64,000 nt of DNA from Paracoccaceae bacterium. GTDB lineage: Bacteria > Pseudomonadota > Alphaproteobacteria > Rhodobacterales > Rhodobacteraceae. The position numbers and the translations under genes are program-made. The stretch spans positions 478-64,477 of the forward strand of contig JAFIEE010000002.1 in NCBI GenBank assembly GCA_020832705.1. The letters are read 5' to 3'. The notes under the pieces are model-generated. The model saw nothing but the letters and a program-made list of their open reading frames with translations. It was not told the origin of the DNA and ran no database searches. The first letter of the stretch is position 1. Every line of letters begins with the position of its first letter. This document shows, piece by piece, positions 10,188 to 19,227 of the stretch.

Positions 10188-11407
10188 CCCCGCTGGCGCA
10201 GGCAAGCCGCCCGCTGGACGGGCTGGTGGTGGTGGATTTCTCGCAGTTCCTGTCAGGGCCTTATTGCGCGCTGAAGCTGGCCGATCTGGGCGCGCGGGTG
10301 ATCAAGATCGAACGCCCCGGCGTGGGCGATCTGTGCCGCACGCTGTATCTTTCGGACACCGATATCGGCGGCTCCAACAGCCTGTTCCACGCCATCAACC
10401 GCAACAAGGAAAGCTTCACCGCCGATCTGCGCGACGCTGGCGACCGCGCGCGGCTGCGCCACCTGCTCGCGCAGGCCGATGTGATGATCCAGAACTTCCG
10501 CCCCGGCGTGATCGAGCGGCAGGGGTTCGGGCATGACGCGGTGCGCGCGCTCAACCCCGCCATCGTCTATGCCTCGATCTCCGGCTATGGCGAGGACGGG
10601 CCATGGGCCGGGCTGCCGGGGCAGGACCTGCTGGCGCAGGCGCGGTCGGGGCTGCTGTGGCTGAGCGGCAGCCGCGACGACCCGCCGATGCCCATGGGGC
10701 TGGCGGTGGCGGACATGCTGGCGGGCGCGGCGCTGGCACAGGGTGTGCTGGCCGCGCTGGTCGGTCGGTTCCGCACCGGGCGCGGGGCGCATGTGCAGAC
10801 CAGCCTGCTGGAGGCGATGATCGATTTCCAGTTCGAGGTGCTGACCACGCATCTCAACGATGGCGGGCGGCTGCCGCAGCGCGCGGCCGAGGGGGGCGCA
10901 CATGCCTATCTGGGTGCGCCCTACGGGGTGTATCAGACCGCCGATGGCTGGCTGGCGCTGGCCATGACGCCCTCGCTGGAGCGGCTGGCGGGTCTGCTGG
11001 ACCTGCCCGCGCTCAAGCCCTATTGCGACGATCCGCGCAAGGCGATGACCGCGCGCGATGCTATCCGCACACTGATCGCCGGGGCAGTCGCCAGCCGCAG
11101 CACGCAGGCCTGGCTCGATGTGCTGCAACCCGCCGACATCTGGTGCGCCGAGGTGCTGGACTGGCCGCAACTGATGGCGTCCGAGGCGTTCCGGAGGCTG
11201 GACATGGTGCAGCCTATCGCCGGGCCAGGCGCGGCGCTGCAGACCACCCGCGCGCCCCTGCGCGTGGACGGGCAGACGCTGGCCAGCCCCCGCGCGGCCC
11301 CGGAGCTGGGCGCGGACCGGGCGGCGATCATTGCGGAATTCGGACTTGACGGTGCGCAGGATGATGCACCGGCAGCAGGGATCATGGCGCGAGGCACTGC
11401 GCGATGA
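10184..11407 (+). CDS. CaiB/BaiF family III CoA-transferase
   Basis: PLDGLVVVDFSQFLSGP, LADLGARVIKIERP, NRNKES, QNFRPG, catalytic Asp region LAVADMLAG. Confidence 0.92.
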   Translation: MTPLAQASRPLDGLVVVDFSQFLSGPYCALKLADLGARVIKIERPGVGDLCRTLYLSDTDIGGSNSLFHAINRNKESFTADLRDAGDRARLRHLLAQADVMIQNFRPGVIERQGFGHDAVRALNPAIVYASISGYGEDGPWAGLPGQDLLAQARSGLLWLSGSRDDPPMPMGLAVADMLAGAALAQGVLAALVGRFRTGRGAHVQTSLLEAMIDFQFEVLTTHLNDGGRLPQRAAEGGAHAYLGAPYGVYQTADGWLALAMTPSLERLAGLLDLPALKPYCDDPRKAMTARDAIRTLIAGAVASRSTQAWLDVLQPADIWCAEVLDWPQLMASEAFRRLDMVQPIAGPGAALQTTRAPLRVDGQTLASPRAAPELGADRAAIIAEFGLDGAQDDAPAAGIMARGTAR

Positions 11408-11452
11408 CGGGCGGGGCACACCCCCGCCGCATGACAACTGGGGAGGAATGAC

Positions 11453-12778
11453 ATGGGACGATCACTGAAGGCACTGACCCTCGGCGTGTCGGCCACGGCG
11501 CTGATTGCCGGGGCAGCGGCAGCCGAAATCGACTTCGGGAACTTCGATGGCTACACCCTGCGGGTGAAGCTGATCGGCGGCGCGCAGTATGAACCGCTCT
11601 ACGCCGAAATCGGCGCATGGGAGGAAATGACCGGCGCCACGGTGCAGATCCTGTCGCGGCAGAACCATTTCGAACTGGACCGCGAGATCAAGCAGGACAT
11701 CGCCGCCGGAACGCTGAACTGGTGCGTGGGGTCCAACCACACCAGCTTCGCGCCACAATACGGCAACATCTACACCGACCTGAATGACCTTATCCCGCAG
11801 GAGGTGCTTGACGCTTTCGTGCCGCTGGTGCTGGAGCATTCCACCGTCGGCGGGCGGCTGGTGCAGTTGCCGCGGCATTCGGATGTGTCGAACCTGTTCT
11901 ACATCCGCTCGCTCTATGAGGACGAGGCGCGCGCGGCCGCCTTCGAGGCGGAATACGGCTACCCGCTCGCCCCGCCCGAGACATGGGAACAGGTGCGCGA
12001 TCAGGCGATGTTCTTCGCCGATCCGCCCAATTTCTTCGGCACCCAGTTCGTGGGCCGGGACGAGGCGATCACCGGGCGCTTCTACGAGATGCTGGTGGCC
12101 GAAGGCGGGCAGCTCTTCACCGACGACTGGGAACCCGCCTTCAACTCCGAAGCCGGGGTGCGGGCGCTGTCCTGGTTCGTGGACCTGTATGAAGCCGGGG
12201 CCGTGCCTGCGGGGGTGCCGAACTACCTGTGGGATGACACCGGGCTTGGCTTTGCCTCGGGGTCGGTGGCGCTGAACCTCGACTGGGCGGGCTGGGCGGC
12301 CTTCTTCAACTCCGAAGAGGATTCGGCCATCGGCGGCAATGTCGGCGTGACCCGCGCGCCCATGGGCGCGGCCGGGGTGCGCACCGGATGGTCGGGCAGC
12401 CACACCTTCTCGGTCACCGAAACCTGCGACAACAAGGAAGCCGCCGCCTCCTTCGTCACCTTCCTGACCGACCACGACCGCCAGATGGTCGAGGCGCGGC
12501 GCGGCCTGCTGCCCACCCGCACCGCCGTGTGGGAAAGCGCCATGGGCGAGTTCCGCGACGCAGGGGACGATTTCATGGTCGAGGTGTTCGAGACCTTCCA
12601 GACCTCGATGGCCGAAGACGCCTTCACGCCGCCGCTGATCGCCGAATGGATCGAGGTGTCGAACGAGCTGTGGCCGCGCCTTCAGGCCGCGATGGTCGGC
12701 GACATGACCCCGCAGCAGGCGCTGGACGAGGCCGCCCGCGAGGCGCTGGTCATCATGGAAGACGCGGGCTACCGCTGA
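11453..12778 (+). CDS. Carbohydrate ABC transporter substrate-binding protein
   Basis: Signal peptide MGRSLKALTLGVSATALIAGAAAA, PPETWEQ motif, GGAGG RBS; precedes permeases. Confidence 0.88.
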   Translation: MGRSLKALTLGVSATALIAGAAAAEIDFGNFDGYTLRVKLIGGAQYEPLYAEIGAWEEMTGATVQILSRQNHFELDREIKQDIAAGTLNWCVGSNHTSFAPQYGNIYTDLNDLIPQEVLDAFVPLVLEHSTVGGRLVQLPRHSDVSNLFYIRSLYEDEARAAAFEAEYGYPLAPPETWEQVRDQAMFFADPPNFFGTQFVGRDEAITGRFYEMLVAEGGQLFTDDWEPAFNSEAGVRALSWFVDLYEAGAVPAGVPNYLWDDTGLGFASGSVALNLDWAGWAAFFNSEEDSAIGGNVGVTRAPMGAAGVRTGWSGSHTFSVTETCDNKEAAASFVTFLTDHDRQMVEARRGLLPTRTAVWESAMGEFRDAGDDFMVEVFETFQTSMAEDAFTPPLIAEWIEVSNELWPRLQAAMVGDMTPQQALDEAAREALVIMEDAGYR

Positions 12779-12789
12779 GCCGACAACTG

Positions 12790-12818
12790 CCCGGCGCGCG
12801 GCCTGTCCGCGCGCCGGG
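12790..12818 (+). terminator. Stem-loop after the SBP gene (mRNA stabiliser or partial terminator)
   Basis: 12-bp stem CCCGGCGCGCGG-cctgt-CCGCGCGCCGGG, no U tract. Confidence 0.5.
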
Positions 12819-12841
12819 GCCGCAATCACGAAGGACACCCC

Positions 12842-13753
12842 ATGCTGCGCGCCCTTCGCGTGCGCCAGACGGCGCTTGCCCCCCTGATCCTGCTGACACC
12901 GGCTTTCACGGTGATGCTGTTCGTGGTGGCCCTGCCGCTGGCGTTTTCGCTCTATACCTCGATGACGCCCTACCGGCTGATCCGGCCCGAAACGCTCGAT
13001 ATCTTCATCGGCACCCGCAACTATGTCCGGCTGTGGGACAATGCCGCGTTCTGGGCGGCGTTCTGGCGCACGATCCTGTTCCTGGCCATCGCCCTGAACG
13101 CGGAGCTGCTGCTGGGGCTGGGGATTGCGCTGCTGATCAACAAGCTGACCTGGGGCCAGCGCACGCTGCGCACGATCATGATGTTCCCGATGATGTTCTC
13201 GCCCATCCTGGTGGGCTTCCAGTTCAAGTTCATCTTCAACGACAACATCGGCATCGTGAACAATGCGCTGCAATCGCTGGGGCTGACCGACCGCGCGATT
13301 CCGTGGCTGGTGGATGCGCAGCTTGCCATGTTCTCGATCATCGTGGCCGAGGTGTGGATGTCCACCTCGATCTTCGCCATCCTGCTGCTGGCGGGGCTGC
13401 TGGCCATGCCGCGCGACCCGGTCGAGGCCGCGAAGGTCGATGGCTGCAATTCATGGCAGGTGTTCCGCCACATCACCCTGCCCTTCCTGATGCCCTTCAT
13501 CTTCATCGCCATGACGATCCGCAGCCTGGACGTGGCGCGGGCCTATGACATCGTGCATGTGATGACCGGCGGCGGCCCGGCGGGCCGCACCGAGCTGTTG
13601 TGGACGCTGATCGCGCGGGTCGGATACGACAACGCCCGCATGGGCGAGGCCAATGCCATGGCCTATGTCTCGACGCTCCTGTCCATCGCCTTCACCGTGT
13701 TCTTCTTCCGCAAGCTGATGGCGGCGCGGCGCTACATGGGGGGTGCGGAATGA
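12842..13753 (+). CDS. Carbohydrate ABC transporter permease (MalF/UgpA-like)
   Basis: EAA loop VEAAKVDGCNSWQVFRHITLP; 6 TM segments. Confidence 0.92.
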   Translation: MLRALRVRQTALAPLILLTPAFTVMLFVVALPLAFSLYTSMTPYRLIRPETLDIFIGTRNYVRLWDNAAFWAAFWRTILFLAIALNAELLLGLGIALLINKLTWGQRTLRTIMMFPMMFSPILVGFQFKFIFNDNIGIVNNALQSLGLTDRAIPWLVDAQLAMFSIIVAEVWMSTSIFAILLLAGLLAMPRDPVEAAKVDGCNSWQVFRHITLPFLMPFIFIAMTIRSLDVARAYDIVHVMTGGGPAGRTELLWTLIARVGYDNARMGEANAMAYVSTLLSIAFTVFFFRKLMAARRYMGGAE

Positions 13754-14607
13754 CCCGGGCGCTGAAGCAGCGGCTGTCGGCGGCGGCGCTGTGGCTGGTC
13801 ACCTTCCTTCTGATGGTGATCATGTGCATCCCGGGGCTGTGGGTGGTGCTGTCGGCCTTCCGCCCCAACCGCGAGATCCTGGCGCGCCCGCCCGTGTGGG
13901 TGCCCGAGCGGCTCACGCTGAACAACTTTGCCAAGATCTTCGGGCTGGGAGAGGCGCAGGTAGCGATCCCGGTGGGGTCCTATTTCATGAACTCGCTGGT
14001 GATCGCGCTGACCTCCACCTTCGTGGCGCTGGTGATCGGCATGGCGGGGGGCTACGCCTTCGCGCGCTTCCGCTTCCGGTTCAAGAATTCGCTGTTCCTG
14101 TCGCTGATGCTGCTGCGCACGGTGCCCGCGATCGCGCTGTCGCTGCCGCTCTTCATGCTCTGGAGCCGGCTTGGCATCATCGACACGCAGATGGGGCTGA
14201 TCATCGTCTATATTGCGCTCAACGTGCCCTTTACCATCTGGCTGATTGACGGGTTCTTCCGCCAGATCCCGATGTCGCTGTCCGAGGCCGCGCAGGTCGA
14301 TGGCTGCACCCGCTGGCAGGCGTTCTGGAAGATCGAGTTTCCGCTGGCCAAGGGCGGGATCGCCGCGGCCGGGGTCTTTGCGTTCCTGACCTCGTGGAAC
14401 GAATACGCGCTGGCGGCGCAGCTCACCCGCTCCACGGACAGCAAGACCCTGCCGGTGGGGCTGATGGACTTCACCGCGCAGTTCACCATCGACTGGGCGG
14501 GCATGAGCGCCATGGCCGTCATCATCATCGTCCCGGCCCTGATCCTGACCTTCCTGGTTCAGAAACACCTGATCCGCGGGCTGACCTTTGGCGGCGTGAA
14601 AGGGTAA
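13750..14607 (+). CDS. Carbohydrate ABC transporter permease (MalG/UgpE-like)
   Basis: EAAQVDGCTRWQAF, FLTSWNEY, TLPVGL; ATGA overlap. Confidence 0.92.
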   Translation: MTRALKQRLSAAALWLVTFLLMVIMCIPGLWVVLSAFRPNREILARPPVWVPERLTLNNFAKIFGLGEAQVAIPVGSYFMNSLVIALTSTFVALVIGMAGGYAFARFRFRFKNSLFLSLMLLRTVPAIALSLPLFMLWSRLGIIDTQMGLIIVYIALNVPFTIWLIDGFFRQIPMSLSEAAQVDGCTRWQAFWKIEFPLAKGGIAAAGVFAFLTSWNEYALAAQLTRSTDSKTLPVGLMDFTAQFTIDWAGMSAMAVIIIVPALILTFLVQKHLIRGLTFGGVKG

Positions 14608-14609
14608 CC

Positions 14610-15704
14610 ATGGCCGAGATTTCACTGAAGAAAGTCGTCAAGTCCTACGGGCGCACCCCGGTTGTCCATGGCATCGACCTGGAAATCGCGGACAATGAAT
14701 TCGTGGTGCTGGTGGGGCCTTCGGGCTGCGGCAAGTCCACCACGCTGCGGATGATCGCGGGGCTCGAGGATATCTCGGACGGCGAAATCCGCATCCGCGG
14801 GCGACTGGTCAACGACCTGCCGCCGCGCAAACGCAACATCTCGATGGTGTTCCAGAACTACGCGCTTTACCCGCACATGAGCGTGCGCGACAATCTGGGC
14901 TTCGGGCTGAAGATCGCGGGGCAGTCCAGATCCGTGGTCGCCGAACGCGTGGCCGAGGCGGCGGGCATCCTGGGCCTGTCGGACCTGCTGGACCGGTTGC
15001 CTGCGGAACTGTCGGGCGGGCAGCGCCAGCGTGTCGCCATGGGGCGTGCCATCGTCCGCCACCCCGATGCGTTCCTCTTTGACGAACCGCTGTCGAACCT
15101 GGATGCCAAGCTGCGCGGCCAGATGCGTGCCGAGATCAAGAAGCTGCACCAGAAGGTCGCCAGCACCATCGTCTATGTCACCCATGACCAGATCGAGGCG
15201 ATGACCCTGGCCGACCGGATCGTTGTCATGCGCGACGGCCATATCGATCAGGTCGGCACCCCGATGGAGGTGTTCAACCACCCGGTCAACACCTTCGTCG
15301 CCGCCTTCATCGGCTCGCCGCCCATGAACCAGTTGCCCGCGGTGGTCGATGCTGGCCGTTTGCGGCTGGAGGATGGCACCACCATCGCCGTACCCGAACG
15401 GCTGCGCGCGCGCGTGCGGGCGGGCCAGAAGCTGATCCTGGGCGTGCGCCCGGACGATATAAGCCCCGAAGGCTACGGGTTGATGGAGGACGGCGAAAGC
15501 GACCGTGTGGACCTGCTGGTCGACATCGCCGAGCCGCTGGGCATGGAAAGCCTGATCTACTCGCGCCTTGCCGGGCAGGAGGTGCAGGCCAAGCTTTATG
15601 GCCCGCGTCTGGTCGCACCCGGCGAGCGGCTGACCTGCCGCATTTCGCTTTCGCGCGCGCATCTGTTCGACGCCGGAACCGGCCGCAACCTGGAGGCCGA
15701 GTGA
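14610..15704 (+). CDS. Carbohydrate ABC transporter ATP-binding protein (MalK/UgpC-like)
   Basis: Walker A GPSGCGKST, signature LSGGQRQR, DEPLSNLD, C-terminal TOBE-like domain. Confidence 0.95.
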   Translation: MAEISLKKVVKSYGRTPVVHGIDLEIADNEFVVLVGPSGCGKSTTLRMIAGLEDISDGEIRIRGRLVNDLPPRKRNISMVFQNYALYPHMSVRDNLGFGLKIAGQSRSVVAERVAEAAGILGLSDLLDRLPAELSGGQRQRVAMGRAIVRHPDAFLFDEPLSNLDAKLRGQMRAEIKKLHQKVASTIVYVTHDQIEAMTLADRIVVMRDGHIDQVGTPMEVFNHPVNTFVAAFIGSPPMNQLPAVVDAGRLRLEDGTTIAVPERLRARVRAGQKLILGVRPDDISPEGYGLMEDGESDRVDLLVDIAEPLGMESLIYSRLAGQEVQAKLYGPRLVAPGERLTCRISLSRAHLFDAGTGRNLEAE

Positions 15705-16822
15705 TGGCGCGGATCGAACGCATCGCCCTGGCCATGGTGGATCTGCCGCCGCAGACCCTGCGCACCGATGCGATCCAGAGCTTTGTCAGTCAGGAAACCC
15801 CGCTGCTGACCATCACCGACGCCGATGGTGCCGAAGGCACAGGCTATGCCTATACCATCGGCACCGGGGGCCCGGCGGTGATGAGCCTGTTGCGCGACAC
15901 GCTTGCGCCCCGTCTGATCGGACGCGAGGCCGAGGAAATCGAGGCGATCTGGCGCGACCTGCTGTTTGCCACCCATGCCACGGCGGTCGGCGCCATCACC
16001 TCGCTGGCGCTGGCGGCGGTGGATACGGCGCTGTGGGACCTGCGCTGCCGCCGGGCGGGGCTGCCGCTGTGGCGCATGGCGGGGGGCGCGAAACCTTCGG
16101 TCCCGGTCTATTCGACCGAAGGCGGCTGGCTGCATATCGACACGCCCGCGCTGGTGGATGACGCGCAGGCGGTGCAGGCGCAGGGCTTCGCCGGCGCCAA
16201 GGTCAAGATCGGCAAACCGCATCTGGCCGAGGATGCCGCCCGGCTGGGGGCCGTGCGCGCGACGGTCGGCGATGCGTTTCATCTGATGGTCGATGCCAAC
16301 CAGGCCTTCACGCTCAACGCGGCGATGATGCGCGCCGACATGCTGGCCGGGCACGGGATCACATGGTTCGAGGAACCCATGCCCGCCGACGATATCGGCG
16401 CCCATGCAAGGCTTGCTGCGCACTCTCGCGTGCCGGTGGCGGTGGGCGAGAGCCTTTATTCCGCCAGCCAGTTCAAGGATTACCTCGACCGGGGCGCGGC
16501 TTCGGTGGTGCAGGTGGATGCGGCACGCATCGGCGGGATCACGCCCTGGCTGAAGGTCGCGCACATGGCCGAGGCGTTCAACATTCCGGTCTGTCCGCAT
16601 TTCCTGATGGAGCTGCATGTCAGCCTTGTCTGCGCGGTGCCGAACGGCTGGATGCTGGAATACATCCCGCAGCTTGATGCGATCACCACCTCGCGGCTGG
16701 ACCTGCGCGACGGGCGCGCGCACGCGCCGCAGACGCCGGGACTGGGGATCGACTGGGACTGGCAGGCCATCGCCGCCCGCACCGTGGCGGGCAGCGCAAG
16801 CGAGATCGCACAGGGAGGATGA
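15704..16822 (+). CDS. Mandelate racemase/enolase superfamily enzyme (probable sugar-acid dehydratase)
   Basis: KVK, DAN, WFEEP, GES, QVDAARIGG, CPHF; start could be GTG 15701. Confidence 0.88.
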   Translation: MARIERIALAMVDLPPQTLRTDAIQSFVSQETPLLTITDADGAEGTGYAYTIGTGGPAVMSLLRDTLAPRLIGREAEEIEAIWRDLLFATHATAVGAITSLALAAVDTALWDLRCRRAGLPLWRMAGGAKPSVPVYSTEGGWLHIDTPALVDDAQAVQAQGFAGAKVKIGKPHLAEDAARLGAVRATVGDAFHLMVDANQAFTLNAAMMRADMLAGHGITWFEEPMPADDIGAHARLAAHSRVPVAVGESLYSASQFKDYLDRGAASVVQVDAARIGGITPWLKVAHMAEAFNIPVCPHFLMELHVSLVCAVPNGWMLEYIPQLDAITTSRLDLRDGRAHAPQTPGLGIDWDWQAIAARTVAGSASEIAQGG

Positions 16823-16823
16823 C

Positions 16824-17153
16824 ATGCAACGGATGGGAATGGTGATCGGGCTGAAACCCGAAAAGGTCGAAGTCTACAAGCGCCTGCACGCCGATGTCTG
16901 GCCCGATATTCTGGCCATGATCAGCGCGTGCAACATCACCAATTATTCGATCTTCCTGAAGGAGCCGGAAAACCTGCTGTTCGGCTACTGGGAATACACC
17001 GGCGCGGACTTCGAAGCCGACGCGGCCAGAATGGCCGCCGACCCGCGCACGCAGGAATGGTGGGATGTCTGCATGCCGTGTCAGGTGCCGCTCGACACCC
17101 GCAAGGACGGCGAATGGTGGGCGATGATGGAAGAGGTGTTCCACCATGACTGA
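16824..17153 (+). CDS. L-rhamnose/L-fucose mutarotase family (RhaM-like)
   Basis: YKRLHADVWP, NYSIFL, LFGYWEY, TQEWW, MEEVFH. Confidence 0.88.
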   Translation: MQRMGMVIGLKPEKVEVYKRLHADVWPDILAMISACNITNYSIFLKEPENLLFGYWEYTGADFEADAARMAADPRTQEWWDVCMPCQVPLDTRKDGEWWAMMEEVFHHD

Positions 17154-17799
17154 TGCCGACCGCCTGGCGCAACTGCAGGGGTGTTACACGTCGGTCATCC
17201 ATGACGTGATGCGCGCCATGGGGCTGCGCAACTTCACCCTGCCCCCTCGCATCCGCCCGCTGCAGCCCGAGGCCGTGCTGACCGGCCCGGCATTCACCAT
17301 CCAGGGGCGGCTGGACGAGACAGCCGACCCGCACGAAACCCTGCTGGCCTGGACCGGACTGCTGTCGCAGGCCCCGGCGGGGCATGTCTGGACCTGCCAG
17401 CCGCATACGCATCTGGTGGCGCAAATGGGCGAGCTTTCGGCCGAGACGCTGCACCGCAAGGGCGTTCTTGGCTGCGTGGTCGATGGCGCGCTCAGGGACA
17501 CGAATTTCCTGCTGCGGCTGGGTTTCCGCGCCTGGGGCACGCACCACACCCCGCGCGATGTGGTGGGCATGTGGCTGCCCACCGCCACCGGGGCCAAGAT
17601 CATGATCGGCGAAGTGGCGATTGCCCCCGGCGACTGGCTGCACGGGGACCGCGACGGCATGGTGCGCATCCCCGCCGCAAGGCTGGACCCGGTGATCGCG
17701 GCCGCCGTCACCGCGATGAACACCGAAAGCATGGTGCGCAAGGCGATCCTGGAGGGCATGGACCCGCAGGACGCCTATGTGAAACACGGCAAGTTCTGA
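17146..17799 (+). CDS. RraA family protein (HMG/CHA-type class II aldolase-like)
   Basis: GPAFT, MGELSA, VVDGALRD, PGDWLHGDRDGMVRIP. Confidence 0.85.
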   Translation: MTDADRLAQLQGCYTSVIHDVMRAMGLRNFTLPPRIRPLQPEAVLTGPAFTIQGRLDETADPHETLLAWTGLLSQAPAGHVWTCQPHTHLVAQMGELSAETLHRKGVLGCVVDGALRDTNFLLRLGFRAWGTHHTPRDVVGMWLPTATGAKIMIGEVAIAPGDWLHGDRDGMVRIPAARLDPVIAAAVTAMNTESMVRKAILEGMDPQDAYVKHGKF

Positions 17800-18905
17800 T
17801 GCGAATCGCCGCGCTGGATATCCGCGCCTGCCGCCTGCCGCCCCTGCCCGGGGCGGACAGCCTGCGGGGCGGCACCGGCGGCGCGATGGATTGCGTGGTC
17901 TACACCCTGCGCACCGACTGCGGGCGCGAAGCCGCGATGCTGGGCTTTGCCGGCCGCTCGGCACTCGGCACGGCGCATACCGCCGCAGCCTCGCTGCGCC
18001 CGTTCCTTGCAGGGCGCAACGCGCTGGACCGCGAAGCGATCTGGCACGACTGGCGCCGCGCCGACCGCTGGTGGCATCACCTGCCGATCTTTGGCTGGGG
18101 GCCGGTGGATGCCTGCCTGTGGATCCTGGCGGCCGAGGCCGCGGGCCAGCCGCTGTGGCGCTATATCGGCGGGGCGCGGGCCGAGGTGCCGGTCTATGCC
18201 TCGTCGCTGGTGCTGGACGGGCCGGACGCCTATGCCGCCGAGGCCCGCGCGGTGCAGGCCGCGGGCATGGCGGGATACAAGATCCACCCCCCCGGCCACA
18301 GCCTGCACGCCGATATCGAGATCCACCGCGCCGTGCGTGATGCCGTGGGGGACGGGTTCGCGCTGATGTCCGACCCGGTGCAGCCCTATACCTTTGACGA
18401 GGCGCTGCGCCTTGGGCGCGAGCTCGAACGGCTGGGCTATCTGTGGTACGAGGAACCCCTGCCAGACGAGGCCATGGGCGCACTGGCCGAACTGACCCGC
18501 ACGCTCGACATTCCGGTGGTCGGCACCGAGGTTCTGGCGAAGCATCCTTATTCCGTGGCCGATGTGGTCGCCCGCCGGGTGGTGGACGCCGTGCGCGCCG
18601 ATGTCTCCTGGAGCGGCGGCGTGACCGGCGCGCTCAAGACCGCGCGGCTGGCCGAAGCCTTCCACATGAACTGCGAAATCCACACCGCCATCTTCCACCC
18701 GCTGGAGATGGTGAACCTGCACCTGTGCGGCGCGGTGCAAAACAACACCTTTTTCGAACTCCTGTGGCCGATGGAGCCCTTCGGCTTCGGGCTTGCGGGC
18801 GCGCTGCCGGTGGCACAGGGCGTAGCCCGCCTGCCCGAGACCCCGGGCCTGGGCGCCGCGCTGGACCGCGACGCAATAGAAAACGCGACACTGGAGGTTG
18901 TCTGA
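17799..18905 (+). CDS. Second mandelate racemase/enolase superfamily enzyme
   Basis: YKIH (KxH), MSDP, WYEEP, GTE, RADVSWSGG, CEIH; TGATG overlap. Confidence 0.85.
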   Translation: MRIAALDIRACRLPPLPGADSLRGGTGGAMDCVVYTLRTDCGREAAMLGFAGRSALGTAHTAAASLRPFLAGRNALDREAIWHDWRRADRWWHHLPIFGWGPVDACLWILAAEAAGQPLWRYIGGARAEVPVYASSLVLDGPDAYAAEARAVQAAGMAGYKIHPPGHSLHADIEIHRAVRDAVGDGFALMSDPVQPYTFDEALRLGRELERLGYLWYEEPLPDEAMGALAELTRTLDIPVVGTEVLAKHPYSVADVVARRVVDAVRADVSWSGGVTGALKTARLAEAFHMNCEIHTAIFHPLEMVNLHLCGAVQNNTFFELLWPMEPFGFGLAGALPVAQGVARLPETPGLGAALDRDAIENATLEVV

Positions 18906-18906
18906 C

Positions 18907-19227
18907 ATGGCCGCCACAGACTCCCGCCTGCTGCTGCTCTCGCCCGGCGACAGCGTCTATGTGCTGCGCGACCAGGTTGCGGCGGGCGAGGTCATCGCGG
19001 TTCAGGGCCGTCATGTCACCGTGCCGGTGGCGCTGGGGCTGGGCCACAAGATCGCCCGCGTGGCGATTGCCGCCGGAGAAAAGGTCATCAAGTACGGCGC
19101 GCCGATAGGATCGGCCAGCACCGCGATTGCACCGGGCGAGCATGTGCATCTGCACAACCTGCGCAGCGATTACACGCCGACCCATTCGCGCGATGCCGCC
19201 TCGGACACAGGGGAGGAAACCGCATGA
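18907..19227 (+). CDS. UxaA family dehydratase small (SAF-domain) subunit
   Basis: GHKIA, VIKYGAPIG, GEHVHLHNL. Confidence 0.88.
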   Translation: MAATDSRLLLLSPGDSVYVLRDQVAAGEVIAVQGRHVTVPVALGLGHKIARVAIAAGEKVIKYGAPIGSASTAIAPGEHVHLHNLRSDYTPTHSRDAASDTGEETA

